Shown here: in pieces, positions 1 to 9,778 of the stretch
Numbering within the stretch: the first letter of the stretch is position 1
How the letters are laid out: the number at the start of each line of letters is the position of its first letter
IMG/VR virus record: IMGVR_UViG_3300044742_000342
Span: 1-58,875 of that record
Source: a virus
Lineage: Duplodnaviria > Caudoviricetes
Strand: one strand, 5' to 3'
Length of the DNA stretch: 58,875 bases
The notes under the pieces: generated by a model
Seen by the model: the letters and a program-made list of their open reading frames with translations, nothing else
What the model was told of the DNA's origin: nothing
The model's database searches: none
Translations under genes and position numbers: made by a program

Positions 1-2
1 AC

Positions 3-176
3 AGCAGACTTCGAGATCAGGTTTGGTCGATCGCAGCGAGCGTTGAATGGAGCGAAGCAGACTGGAGAGATTTTTACAAAAGCCTTACAGCGGTATTCGC
101 CCGTATTGCCGCACGCCACGCCAAGTCTCGGATCACTCAGGATGTGCCACAGGCGGCTCAGCCCTCACGTCCCTAA
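3..176 (+). CDS. Partial hypothetical protein (5' truncated)
   Basis: Frame 3 open from the window start (SRLRDQVWSIAASVEW...) to TAA at 174-176. Confidence 0.35.
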   Translation, partial: SRLRDQVWSIAASVEWSEADWRDFYKSLTAVFARIAARHAKSRITQDVPQAAQPSRP

Positions 177-204
177 TTATTTCCTTCGAGGCCGTACTAG
201 AATT

Positions 205-495
205 ATGATGAATCACTTTAGAATCCTCAAGGGGATGATACTCGACATCGAAAAGGAGATGCGCGCAGCTGGCGATGGGGATGAGCCCTCACTCAAGGCT
301 GTCATTGACCGGATGCGACAAATCAAAGGCTACGCCGAGGAAGTAGAGGAGGAGGCTTTGTCCGCTCGATTTGCGATCCAACAAATGCAAAAGGATGTCC
401 AACTCCAGCGCCGTATGAATCGTCCACGCTACGACCCATCACAACTTCCCCCAGAGGATGTCGCCGATGACCCGTCAAATCATTGTGGGGAATAG
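205..495 (+). CDS. Hypothetical coiled-coil protein
   Basis: ATG at 205 within track ORF 43..495; helical charged sequence. Confidence 0.55.
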   Translation: MMNHFRILKGMILDIEKEMRAAGDGDEPSLKAVIDRMRQIKGYAEEVEEEALSARFAIQQMQKDVQLQRRMNRPRYDPSQLPPEDVADDPSNHCGE

Positions 496-1267
496 CATTA
501 GCCTGCTGAACTCAGCAGCCCCAGGATGGGCCCACCTAGCCTTTGCTGATCCCCCATTCAATATAGGGTACAAGTATGATCATTATGAGGACAACAAATC
601 CCACGCTGATTATCTCGCCTTCACTCGTGATTGGATTCGGGCAGTTCATCGAAGCCTCGTTCGACATGGAAGCCTATGGATCGCCATTGGAGATGACTAC
701 GCAGCAGAAGTCGTCCTGGCAGCTAAGCAGTCGGGATTCCTGCTTCGCAATTGGGTCATATGGCACTATACATTTGGGCAAAGCACACGTAACAAATTTG
801 CCCGTAGCCATACTCACCTGTTTTATTGGATTAAGGACGCTCGTCAGTTCACATTTAATCCACCGCTTGTTCCAAGCGCTCGGCAATCCGTGTATAATGA
901 CAAGCGTGCAGCACGTGATGGAAAAGTCCCGGATGATGTTTGGTTGCTCCGCCCTTCCGAAGCGGAACAGCAGGGGTTTTTCGCCCCCGACCAAGATGTC
1001 TGGCATCACCCTCGAGTTTGCGGTACCTTCCGTGAACGAGTGGGATGGCATAATTGCCAGATGCCCATGGCGATCCTGAACCGCATTGTAAGTGCATGCT
1101 CAAATCCTAGAGACATCGTCCTGGACCCATTCTCTGGGAGTGGTACTACCTGCGAGAGCGCCCTCAGGCTGGGGCGGCGATTTCTGGGAATAGACATCAG
1201 CCCAGCTTACGCCACCAAATCAAATGAACGACTAGATACCGCCGCCATCCAACTGGCGAGCGAATAG
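458..1267 (+). CDS. DNA N4-cytosine/N6-adenine methyltransferase (beta class)
   Basis: DPPF catalytic motif precedes the VLDPFSGSGTT SAM-binding motif. Confidence 0.92.
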   Translation: MSPMTRQIIVGNSISLLNSAAPGWAHLAFADPPFNIGYKYDHYEDNKSHADYLAFTRDWIRAVHRSLVRHGSLWIAIGDDYAAEVVLAAKQSGFLLRNWVIWHYTFGQSTRNKFARSHTHLFYWIKDARQFTFNPPLVPSARQSVYNDKRAARDGKVPDDVWLLRPSEAEQQGFFAPDQDVWHHPRVCGTFRERVGWHNCQMPMAILNRIVSACSNPRDIVLDPFSGSGTTCESALRLGRRFLGIDISPAYATKSNERLDTAAIQLASE

Positions 1268-1327
1268 CGAACCCGCCATTCGCGTTTACAGCGTTTTTGG
1301 CCCGGCAGCGGCCCCCGCGCCAAACTT

Positions 1328-1356
1328 TTGCTTTTAGACGCTCTTTCGGCCAAAAT
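1328..1356 (+). promoter_or_regulatory. Putative sigma70-type promoter
   Basis: TTGCTT-N17-CAAAAT in intergenic DNA; same architecture as six other sites in the genome. Confidence 0.55.
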
Positions 1357-1450
1357 AGGCCGTTGCGCGGCCCGCTGTTGCGGGGCTATCCGGCGCTTTA
1401 AGCCTCCGCTCCCTCGGCGATTGGGAGCTTGAGGTAAGAAAGGATCGTCA

Positions 1451-2998
1451 GTGAGACCTCTCCTTCCGTGGCAGCACCCCGCCCTTGAATGGGCGTCATC
1501 CCGAGACCATGCCGCACTACTAATGGAGATGAGGCTAGGCAAGGCTATTGTGAGCCCCCGCTGGGCTGCCATTCGTGATGCCCAGCACGTCCTGCTCGTG
1601 ACAGCCCCTAGCGCCATCCCTGACTGGATCACCAATCTAACAGCCGACGGCTTTATCCACTCCTGGCTCCAGGGTTCTGCTGGCGAAAAGTACAACACAG
1701 CCTGCCATCTCTATGATGCCCCCGAATCAGAACAACCCTTCCCGCGATTCTATATCGTGAACACGCAGGGATTATTCCATTCAATCGCCAAGACATGCTC
1801 TCGGTGCAAAGGCAGCGGCCAGCTTGCATATACAGGATTCGTAGGCAATGTGTGTACCCAGTGTCGCGGCAAGGGCAAGCTAAAAGCTAAACCTACCCTT
1901 GGTGGTTGTGCTATTCTAGAGTACGACACAATTATCTGGGATGAAAGTACCAGCATATCCAATCCCCAGGCTCAGATCACCAAGGTCGCGCATGAGCTCG
2001 CTGCTTCCCCTCACGTGCTCCGCCGAATGATCCTTACCGGCGAAATCGCCCCCGAACGGACTCTTGACATATTTGAGCAGATGCGGTGGTGCTACGGGTC
2101 CTTTATGTCCCACACGAATTTCTATGAATGGCGCAATGCCCACTTCATACAGATCAGGTACGACTGGGAACCCATGCCCGGCCACCTCTCCCTCATCCAC
2201 GCCGCTCTTGCTGCCCACAGCTTCAGACTCACGCGCAAGCAGGCTGGCATTGAGAACAACCCGCCACGCTTCCAGCGAGTAGAAGTGAATCTTCCCCAGA
2301 AAGTGCGTGACCCCTACGACTACTTGGAGGAGCACTTCCGCCTTCCACCGGAACTCCTACATTCTGAAGCTGGCAGCTATGATCCGCTAGGGCAGGCTTT
2401 AATAGAGGCAAACGATTCCACAAAGTACAAGCCTGTTGTTCAGACCTGGCTTCGTCAGATCGCAGGCGGCTATCCTAAGCATTGGCCAGTTCTCTGGAGC
2501 GACCACAAGATCGCAGCTCTGCTCGGCCTGCTTAAGCAGCTAGGCAATCAGCAGGTCCCCGTCCTCTTCGCCTTCAACGCGGAGATCACAGCTGTGTGTG
2601 CCAGAATGAAGAACCTACGGATGTCTGTAGAACCATTCGTAGGAGGTACTAAGCCTGAGCTCCGCCGAGACATCCTTCGGCGATTCCAAAGGGGTACCAC
2701 ACAGTACTTGCTTATGCAATATGCAGTGATGGCACATGGCATGGACCTCAGCGCCGCCAATACGATGGTGCGGTTCAGCCTGCCATGGGAGTACAAGCTA
2801 GTAAGTCAAAGTAAGGACCGTCTCTTTAGTCCCCTGCGAGAGAACAATCTGACCTATATCGATATCGTCGCTAAAAACACGGTGGACGAGGATGTGCTGT
2901 CTGCTTCTCTGGAGAAGAGGGGTAATAGCCGATACTTCATGACAAGGATTCAACAGAATTTCTCGGCGAGGCTTCGCCGGAAAGTGAGAGTAGCATGA
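1451..2998 (+). CDS. SNF2-family helicase with DnaJ-type Zn-finger insert
   Basis: EMRLGKA (motif I), DESTSI (II), LTG (III), HGMDLSAA and QSKDR (V/VI); CSRCKGSG...CTQCRGKG insert. Confidence 0.85.
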   Translation: MRPLLPWQHPALEWASSRDHAALLMEMRLGKAIVSPRWAAIRDAQHVLLVTAPSAIPDWITNLTADGFIHSWLQGSAGEKYNTACHLYDAPESEQPFPRFYIVNTQGLFHSIAKTCSRCKGSGQLAYTGFVGNVCTQCRGKGKLKAKPTLGGCAILEYDTIIWDESTSISNPQAQITKVAHELAASPHVLRRMILTGEIAPERTLDIFEQMRWCYGSFMSHTNFYEWRNAHFIQIRYDWEPMPGHLSLIHAALAAHSFRLTRKQAGIENNPPRFQRVEVNLPQKVRDPYDYLEEHFRLPPELLHSEAGSYDPLGQALIEANDSTKYKPVVQTWLRQIAGGYPKHWPVLWSDHKIAALLGLLKQLGNQQVPVLFAFNAEITAVCARMKNLRMSVEPFVGGTKPELRRDILRRFQRGTTQYLLMQYAVMAHGMDLSAANTMVRFSLPWEYKLVSQSKDRLFSPLRENNLTYIDIVAKNTVDEDVLSASLEKRGNSRYFMTRIQQNFSARLRRKVRVA

Positions 2999-3180
2999 CA
3001 AGAGAAGAAGAACAGCGGCTCGTCGAGCAGATCGAATACTTTCGCCGTGACCGAGGACGTCCTAATCTGGACGAAAACGACGGTGATCGGATAGCGGATA
3101 TCATGAGAGAGTTGTTGACTCATGCTCGAACTCAAGCAGATCGCATCACAAAACTGGAGAGGGAGAGGGGGATCCTGTGA
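2995..3180 (+). CDS. Hypothetical protein
   Basis: ATGA/GTGA overlaps with both neighbours. Confidence 0.65.
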   Translation: MTREEEQRLVEQIEYFRRDRGRPNLDENDGDRIADIMRELLTHARTQADRITKLERERGIL

Positions 3181-3656
3181 ACGACAGACAAATGACAATT
3201 GATCCTGGCGTGGGGTCCGGCTCCGGCTGGGTTATCTGGCAGGACAAGGAAACTACAAATGTCATTGATTACGGCTTGGCTGTGGCATCTGTCTCCGTAT
3301 GGTTCAATGCCTGCAACATCGTATGTCAACAGCTCAAGCAGGTAATGCAACAACACCGGGTGCGCCAGGTGATTATTGAGTATCCCCGCTTCATGCAATC
3401 CAATGCGGGCCGACGTACTGCCGAGCGTGGAGATCTGATTAAGCTGGCGGTGCTCACAGGTCGGATATGCCAGGCAGCCACGGATCTCTGTCCACAAGTC
3501 CTGTTCTACGATGTTTCAACATGGAAAGCTCAATGGAGCAAGGAGATCGTAAAGGAACGAGTACTGGAAATCCTTGGCTACGACGCCTGCAAAGGATTTC
3601 ATCGAGACATCTGGGATGCAGCGGGGATAGGTTTGGCAGCGAGAGGACTCCTATGA
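3177..3656 (+). CDS. RuvC-like Holliday junction resolvase
   Basis: IDPG...SGW, IIE, TWK and D-x-x-DA-x-GIG motifs. Confidence 0.72.
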   Translation: MNDRQMTIDPGVGSGSGWVIWQDKETTNVIDYGLAVASVSVWFNACNIVCQQLKQVMQQHRVRQVIIEYPRFMQSNAGRRTAERGDLIKLAVLTGRICQAATDLCPQVLFYDVSTWKAQWSKEIVKERVLEILGYDACKGFHRDIWDAAGIGLAARGLL

Positions 3657-4237
3657 CGCTCAACGTGCTCGAAGAAGTTCGCCGCGTCCATCTTGCCCAT
3701 AAGAATCAATGGGAGCACTGCACATGCTGTAGCATCGGGCATCTCGCCCATCACCATGTATTCGCAAGGGGCACCCTTCCCTGTCGTATACTATTCATCG
3801 GCATCGCCCCCGGCAAGACCGAGAACGTTATGGGCTTCCCGTTTGTAGGTAAGGCAGGACGGCTTCTTGATACATGGCTGATGCGAGCCTCTTTTAAGAT
3901 TGGCACAGATTTTCTTCAGTGCTACGCCATCACTAATCTCACCTTGTGCCGGCCAACGAATAAGTTGGGCGGAGCTAATCGCGATCCTACGGACGAGGAG
4001 ATACGAAACTGCTCGGGACGCCTAGCGGACTTCATCAAGGACATTGCTAAGCCCAAGGTTATCATCACGCTCGGGCGGATTCCTGAACACAACATCCCCG
4101 ACACCGGCCTACGGCAATTCGCCGTTATTCATCCAGCCGGAGTACTCCGCCGTGGCGGGGAGGGTTCAAAGAGTGATTTGGCAGCCTCTGATAAGCTAAC
4201 AGCGTTCTTGGAGAAGGAGTTTAGCAATGGCAATTAG
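3653..4237 (+). CDS. Uracil-DNA glycosylase, family 4 (Fe-S)
   Basis: CxxC, IGIAPGKTE...PFVGKAGRLL, TN-x3-CRP, NRDP, HPA; start set at the ATGA overlap at 3653. Confidence 0.9.
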   Translation: MTLNVLEEVRRVHLAHKNQWEHCTCCSIGHLAHHHVFARGTLPCRILFIGIAPGKTENVMGFPFVGKAGRLLDTWLMRASFKIGTDFLQCYAITNLTLCRPTNKLGGANRDPTDEEIRNCSGRLADFIKDIAKPKVIITLGRIPEHNIPDTGLRQFAVIHPAGVLRRGGEGSKSDLAASDKLTAFLEKEFSNGN

Positions 4238-5357
4238 CATTAAATCTGCCAAGAAGCCCACGCAGTTCTATCCGTGGAAGCTGGACCAGGCCAAAAGCAA
4301 GTGGAACCTATGGGAACACGGCGTGACCTCGAGCTTTCTAAACTGCTGGGTGGAGGACCGTGAACATGCCCGTAAGAACTACGTGGAAGGGTACAGAGGC
4401 GGGACAAATCTCGCTTTTGAGTATGGCACCTGCAATCACTGGATCCTGGAACAGACTTATGCCGACGGCATCTTCTGGGAGAGAATGCCCGTAACAGTGA
4501 TTGAGGCTCGACGGTACATGGAGATGAAGGTTAAGGAGTACCAACTCCTTTATGACAAAACACATCCCGTACAAACAGCCAAGGACCGCGACCGCCAGGA
4601 GCGTGTGTACGGACTTGCAGAAGCTGTAATGCCTTGGTATCTAATGCGGTGGGATGGAGATTTCACCGGCAATTACGCGCAGGGTAACAACACTGTCTCT
4701 CCCAGAGAATGGCTCACCCTCGAACAGGTTTTTAGATTCGACTACATCTATCCCGACGGCAAGCGGTGCCCGCTCCGTGGCAGGAGGGATGGAACATTCC
4801 TCGACAGCAGAAATGGTACGTGGGTCCTCGATACAAAGTGCCGTAGTGTCATTAAAGACGAGGAGGCTCTGGAGACATTGCAGTTCGATATCCAGCAGAT
4901 GCTTTATCTCTGGATTACCCATCTCGAGATGAAGCAGGCAAAGGAGTTGTCTCCGTGGCCTAAGGGTACGTTGATGAACATTATTCGTAGGCCTGGACTC
5001 CGCCAGGGTGTGAACGAGACACTTGGTGCATTCATCAATCGATGTAAACTTGATGTGGCTGGGGAAACCAAAGGCAAGGACAAGGCGACAGGAGAACATG
5101 TGCCTCGGCTTGATCACTACTTCGTTCGTAATGAGATGGTAGTGACACCCATGGAGCTTCTCGAGTGGAAACAAACTCAGCTCGACCCGATTATGCAGGG
5201 CGTGCGGATGTGGTGGGAGGGAACCTTCCCGCATTTTCTCAGTCCTGGTGCTCTCACCACGAAGTATGGTCCTAGCGGAATGTATCGAGCTATCGTGAAG
5301 AAGGATACAAGTACCTATGAGAAACGGGAACATGTCTTCCCAGAACTGGAGATCTAG
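4227..5357 (+). CDS. PD-(D/E)XK (Cas4/RecB-like) exonuclease
   Basis: GT-x-H-x-x-LE, GRRDG, VLDTK, Q-x-x-LY motifs; position next to the Sak4-like gene. Confidence 0.75.
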   Translation: MAISIKSAKKPTQFYPWKLDQAKSKWNLWEHGVTSSFLNCWVEDREHARKNYVEGYRGGTNLAFEYGTCNHWILEQTYADGIFWERMPVTVIEARRYMEMKVKEYQLLYDKTHPVQTAKDRDRQERVYGLAEAVMPWYLMRWDGDFTGNYAQGNNTVSPREWLTLEQVFRFDYIYPDGKRCPLRGRRDGTFLDSRNGTWVLDTKCRSVIKDEEALETLQFDIQQMLYLWITHLEMKQAKELSPWPKGTLMNIIRRPGLRQGVNETLGAFINRCKLDVAGETKGKDKATGEHVPRLDHYFVRNEMVVTPMELLEWKQTQLDPIMQGVRMWWEGTFPHFLSPGALTTKYGPSGMYRAIVKKDTSTYEKREHVFPELEI

Positions 5358-5359
5358 CA

Positions 5360-6286
5360 ATGCCTCAGATGAAAACGACCTTCAGGCTGCCTACGCCGAT
5401 TATTGGCAAAGCTGTCGGCGCTAACGGAGCTCCAACGATAGTTAAGGCGGTGGCTCCTGTTATTGCAAGGCTAGAGCTACCGCTCGAGCCTACAGTACGG
5501 AGTGACGATATTAATGACTACTCCTTCCTCCTTCATGGAGAAAAGAAAATCGGCAAGAGCTCCTTCTCCACAATACCCGATCAGCCGGGAGAACGGGTGC
5601 TCCAGCTTACATTTGATCCTGTTCGCCCAGGCCTTGAGCTCATCCAGAGGCATATGCCTAATTGGACTGTCTTTACACAGTGGATTGTACGACTCGAGCA
5701 GGCTGCCAAGGAAGGAGACTTCCCTTACAAGAGAGTTGTGATTGACGGGGCGGACATTATGTACACCCGGTGCCAGACATGGTCCTGTACAAAGCTGGGT
5801 ATCCAGCACCCATCTGACGAGGGCTTTGCAAAGGGATGGCATCTAGTATCAGATACCTTTGCAGCATGGGTGGATCGGATACTGGCTTTACCGTGCGGTG
5901 TATGGTTCATCTCACACAGTGAATGGAAGGAGATTGACACACGTACTCCAGGCGTGAAACAGACTAAACTCGTACCTCTTATTAGCGGAAAGGGAGAGGA
6001 GATCATGAATGGGCGAGTGGACGGTTGGCTCGCCTATGTGTATGTGGAAAAGAAGCGTGCCCTGATTATTCTCGGCGATGAACGGACAGGAGCTGGGCAC
6101 GACTGTAAGGGACACTTCCTCACGCCCACCGGGGAGCGTGTGGCAGAGATTCCTATGGGGGATAGTGAAGAGGAGGCGTACTATAACTTCGTGCAGGCCT
6201 TTAACAATCAACAGACCTTCACGCATGTGGGTGGCAACATCGCTGCCCACTTCAAGAAGCCGAGGATCGTGATCAAGAAGAAGTAA
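5360..6286 (+). CDS. Sak4-like / AAA_24 ATPase (ssDNA annealing)
   Basis: Walker A GEKKIGKS, VVID, GFAKGW, FISH. Confidence 0.8.
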   Translation: MPQMKTTFRLPTPIIGKAVGANGAPTIVKAVAPVIARLELPLEPTVRSDDINDYSFLLHGEKKIGKSSFSTIPDQPGERVLQLTFDPVRPGLELIQRHMPNWTVFTQWIVRLEQAAKEGDFPYKRVVIDGADIMYTRCQTWSCTKLGIQHPSDEGFAKGWHLVSDTFAAWVDRILALPCGVWFISHSEWKEIDTRTPGVKQTKLVPLISGKGEEIMNGRVDGWLAYVYVEKKRALIILGDERTGAGHDCKGHFLTPTGERVAEIPMGDSEEEAYYNFVQAFNNQQTFTHVGGNIAAHFKKPRIVIKKK

Positions 6287-6319
6287 TCCATTTGAGGCTC
6301 AGCCTCAGGAGATCGTACC

Positions 6320-7222
6320 ATGGCTACTGTATCAAAGCCTGCTGTTCCGACCCGTCCTGCTATTGCCAAACCCGCAGTTGCAGCTCCCGCCATTCCCAGG
6401 CCCGCCCCCGCACCTGCGCGGCCAGCCCCTGCCAAACCCGCCCCTGCTCGTTCTGCAGCCCCTCCTGGCCGTCCGGCAGCGGCGCGCACCACGACAGCGG
6501 CCCCACCTGCCGCCAATGGACTGGATGCCCGCCTCACCGCCATGCGAGCTGCATGGGATAAGAACAAGGAGGCTAGTAAGAACCTCAGCAATTTCGGTAT
6601 CAAGGTCGAAGATGGCCCCTACGTAACCAAGCTCACCGGCGCGGACATTAAAGACACGCCTAAGTGGCTCGGTTGTATCTGGCATTTCACGGTTATCGAA
6701 GGGGATCAGACCGGCGAAGTGATTGACGTGTTGGATGACCTCGGCGACGAAGAGCGCATCGTTCACTTCCAGAAAAACCTCCGGCGCATGGGAGTAGAAG
6801 TGGACGACTTCAATCCGGAAGAAGTACCCAGCATTCTCGAGCAACTCATCGAGGCTGCGCCGGCAGTTCGAATCGTCGTGGGCACATCAAGGAAGACAGG
6901 TTCCCGCTGGGCGAACATTGACATGCTCGTGGACACGTCCGAACCGATGGAGCCTACGGAGCCTGCCGCTGCTGAGGAACCCGCAGCTGAAGGAGCTGAG
7001 CCCACTGAACCTACCGAGCCTACTGAACCCACCGAACCCTCGGAAGAGACGGCCGAGCTCAAGCTCGACGATCATGTCAGCTTCCGTATTAGCGGCGTGG
7101 CGAAGATCGGCAAGGTAAAGAAGTTTAACGACGACGGCAGCGTAAACCTCTTCATCAAGGAAGAAGGCAGAGTTGTCAAGTGCGCCGCCGAGGACATCGA
7201 GGCCCTAGCAGAAGTTGGTTGA
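6320..7222 (+). CDS. Putative ssDNA-binding protein with Pro/Ala-rich N-terminus, EPT repeats and C-terminal SH3/KOW-like domain
   Basis: DGPY OB-fold-like core; acidic linker; position after Sak4-like gene. Confidence 0.6.
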   Translation: MATVSKPAVPTRPAIAKPAVAAPAIPRPAPAPARPAPAKPAPARSAAPPGRPAAARTTTAAPPAANGLDARLTAMRAAWDKNKEASKNLSNFGIKVEDGPYVTKLTGADIKDTPKWLGCIWHFTVIEGDQTGEVIDVLDDLGDEERIVHFQKNLRRMGVEVDDFNPEEVPSILEQLIEAAPAVRIVVGTSRKTGSRWANIDMLVDTSEPMEPTEPAAAEEPAAEGAEPTEPTEPTEPTEPSEETAELKLDDHVSFRISGVAKIGKVKKFNDDGSVNLFIKEEGRVVKCAAEDIEALAEVG

Positions 7223-7250
7223 TCTCCAGCAAAGGGGAGACATCCAGGGA

Positions 7251-7272
7251 CCTGTTCTGTAACCAGGACAGG
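7251..7272 (+). terminator. Intergenic hairpin with TAAC loop
   Basis: CCTGTTCTG-TAAC-CAGGACAGG; no U-tract, so terminator function is uncertain. Confidence 0.4.
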
Positions 7273-7293
7273 CCTCCTTAAAGGAGATCAACT

Positions 7294-7854
7294 ATGACTT
7301 CGCCTTACAAGTTCTATCTTGCTGCCCCTTTCTTCAACCCCGCTCAGGCGCGGATGGTGGAACGGATTGAGAGTCTCTTTGCCCAGAAAGGCGTGGATTT
7401 GTTCAGCCCTCGACAAACTGATCACAATCGAAAAAAGGAGCTAAATGATCAGGATGCCATCGAGATCTTCTCAAATAATGTGGCTGGCGTGAAGACATGC
7501 AGCCATATGTTGGCTGTCCTGGACTGGGCTAACCTACCGGAGATCGAGATATGGACCCTTAAGCACACGCTAATCAGCACATGCGTCGCCCCGCCCCATG
7601 TGCAAACCGAGAAACTTGGCCAACCACTCAACCTGCCGGACACAGGCACTGTCTGGGAAATGGGCGCGGCCTTTGTTCTGGAAAAACCCATCATCGGATT
7701 CACCCTACGTAAGCCCGGCGACAAGGTGAACATCATGCTTACACAGTGCTTGCGCGGTGTGATCTACGGCTTCGACGATCTAATCAATTTTCTTGGCATT
7801 GCTGGTAAAATTGATATGTCATATGCCCAGCTGGGCGTCTGGAAACACCGATGA
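7294..7854 (+). CDS. Nucleoside 2-deoxyribosyltransferase / nucleotide N-glycosidase family protein
   Basis: YLAAPFF, FSPR, DTGTVWEMGAA, KPI motifs. Confidence 0.85.
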   Translation: MTSPYKFYLAAPFFNPAQARMVERIESLFAQKGVDLFSPRQTDHNRKKELNDQDAIEIFSNNVAGVKTCSHMLAVLDWANLPEIEIWTLKHTLISTCVAPPHVQTEKLGQPLNLPDTGTVWEMGAAFVLEKPIIGFTLRKPGDKVNIMLTQCLRGVIYGFDDLINFLGIAGKIDMSYAQLGVWKHR

Positions 7855-8474
7855 ATCTTAACATGCGAGAACTCCTCAACGGCGATATCGTACGACTTCG
7901 GTATGTGTACCGGTACAGCACATCCCGCGTTAGCCACCCGGAGACCGTGGCTGAGCATATGTACTTTGTGGCCTTGTATTCTCTGATGATCAGTAAGTGG
8001 GTACAGACCAACACAACTCTCCGTCCGCTTATAAATGAAGTGCTGAGCAAGGCTATTTTGCACGACATGGAAGAAGCCCGGTCCGGCGATTTCCCCCGAC
8101 CCTTCAAGCACTCCAGCAAGAGACTTCGAACAATGTTGGACGCTGCCAGCCGTGAGGCGATAGAACAAATCATAGGCAAGCTGATGCCTGTCTCTGGGAA
8201 AGAAGAGCATGTGGACAACAATCGCTTGTTTGTCGAGGACTGGGCTAACGCCAAGAATGACAGCCTTGAGGGTAGGATTGTGGAGTTTGCTGACTTCCTC
8301 TCTGTTCTCAGCTTCATGATCGAGGAGGGCTGTGCCAACGGACGTAAGTCAATTGCCCGACATGTGTCGGACATGAGATCCTACTGTGACAACTTTGACG
8401 AGCAGGAGTACGATTTTATTCGCCCCCTTGTGAACCAGGTGGGTGAATTGATGCTGGAAACTTTTGGGAGTTAA
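7851..8474 (+). CDS. HD-domain 5'-deoxynucleotidase (YfbR-like)
   Basis: RY...ETVAEH, ILHDMEEARSGDFPRPFK, AD motifs. Confidence 0.87.
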   Translation: MNLNMRELLNGDIVRLRYVYRYSTSRVSHPETVAEHMYFVALYSLMISKWVQTNTTLRPLINEVLSKAILHDMEEARSGDFPRPFKHSSKRLRTMLDAASREAIEQIIGKLMPVSGKEEHVDNNRLFVEDWANAKNDSLEGRIVEFADFLSVLSFMIEEGCANGRKSIARHVSDMRSYCDNFDEQEYDFIRPLVNQVGELMLETFGS

Positions 8475-8475
8475 T

Positions 8476-8868
8476 ATGGTAGGCAAAGAATTCACAAATC
8501 CTCTTGGGCTGTTCCATGCCGACGGGTCCTTAGACCCTGATAGGAAACAACCTCCTCTTCCCGCTGCCTCGAAAATGGATTCTCCTGCAGTTCAGGAATT
8601 AGAGATGAATGTAGAATCAACTCTTCTCCAGAGGAGGGCGCAGTACGGTGAAACACCATTTACGCAGGAGACTGATGCCGAGATATGGCACGGCTTATTG
8701 CAGAGGCACTTCCAAATCAAGTTGCCGCCGCTGTCTCCGTATATGGTGCCTCTCATGATGACAGCCATTAAGATCGCCAGAGCAGCGGGTCCTTTTCCTC
8801 TTAATGAGGACGACTATGTAGACGGCATCGGCTACCTCACGATTGCCAGAAAGTGCAGGGACAAATGA
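8476..8868 (+). CDS. DUF6378-like helical nucleotide-metabolism protein
   Basis: R-x-x-QYG, AEIW, MM-x-x-x-K-x-AR, D-x-x-D-x-x-GY pattern. Confidence 0.65.
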   Translation: MVGKEFTNPLGLFHADGSLDPDRKQPPLPAASKMDSPAVQELEMNVESTLLQRRAQYGETPFTQETDAEIWHGLLQRHFQIKLPPLSPYMVPLMMTAIKIARAAGPFPLNEDDYVDGIGYLTIARKCRDK

Positions 8869-9593
8869 AGATCCTCCTAACAGGAGCCAGCTACGGGCTT
8901 GGAAAGCATCTGCGCGATGATTTCCTAAAAGCCGGGCACCGCGTAACGGGAATAGGGATTGAGGGACCAGATGTTGTGTGTGACTTTACCAATTTCTGCC
9001 AGCCAGGAAGGTCACAGGAAATTCTGAATGTAATCGCCGAGCGAGGTCCGTACGACATTGTGATCAACAATGCCGGCACTATGCGGCTGAGCTGGTTTAA
9101 GCACTACAAACAGCAGGACCTGATGGAAAGCCTGTATGTGAATCTGGTAGCACCCATCATGATCATGCAGCGGGTATACCTTGAGCAGATCTTTCTGTCC
9201 CCTCCATTTGGAGGCTTCTGGCGGTTCGTGAATATCACGTCTATGGCCGTCAAGCAGCCCGGCCGCGCCTGCGTGGGTTATAATGCCAGTAAGGCTGGGC
9301 TGGAATGTGCTGTACGAGGGCTGGCCCGCGAATTGGCTAACAATGCTTTTATTCTAAGCTCAGTGGCTCCGTGTATCATCGAAGGTACAGCTATGCAAGA
9401 ACGAGGTATGCTCCACCTCATAGGAGCTCGAGGGATGACGCCCACTGAGGCGGAAGCCTATCAAACCTCAAACCCCCTAGGGCGACGCGCTTCTCTGGAG
9501 GAGATAGCTCGAGTGGTAAAATTTGCGGCTTTTGAGTTGCCTCAGGCTATGTCCGGTACAACGCTCTATGTACCGGCAGCAACGGGAGTTTGA
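8865..9593 (+). CDS. Short-chain dehydrogenase/reductase (SDR)
   Basis: TGASYGLG, NNAG, NITS, YNASK catalytic motif, PLGR. Confidence 0.92.
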   Translation: MKILLTGASYGLGKHLRDDFLKAGHRVTGIGIEGPDVVCDFTNFCQPGRSQEILNVIAERGPYDIVINNAGTMRLSWFKHYKQQDLMESLYVNLVAPIMIMQRVYLEQIFLSPPFGGFWRFVNITSMAVKQPGRACVGYNASKAGLECAVRGLARELANNAFILSSVAPCIIEGTAMQERGMLHLIGARGMTPTEAEAYQTSNPLGRRASLEEIARVVKFAAFELPQAMSGTTLYVPAATGV

Positions 9594-9594
9594 C

Positions 9595-9777
9595 ATGACG
9601 GACCGAGAAAAACTTCAGCTCGAGGACCTGCTCAAGATTGCCGAGGAGGATGACTCTCCGCTCAACGACTGGGAGAAAGAATTCCTTGAGGCGCTGGAGA
9701 GCAGGAGCCACTTCACGATGACCGAGAAACAGGCTAATGTTTTCGAGCGTCTAGTCGCCAAGCATTTAAAGGACTAA
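9595..9777 (+). CDS. Hypothetical protein
   Basis: GGGAG-like RBS; LNDWEKEFL...TEKQ pattern typical of small phage proteins. Confidence 0.65.
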   Translation: MTDREKLQLEDLLKIAEEDDSPLNDWEKEFLEALESRSHFTMTEKQANVFERLVAKHLKD

Positions 9778-9778
9778 C

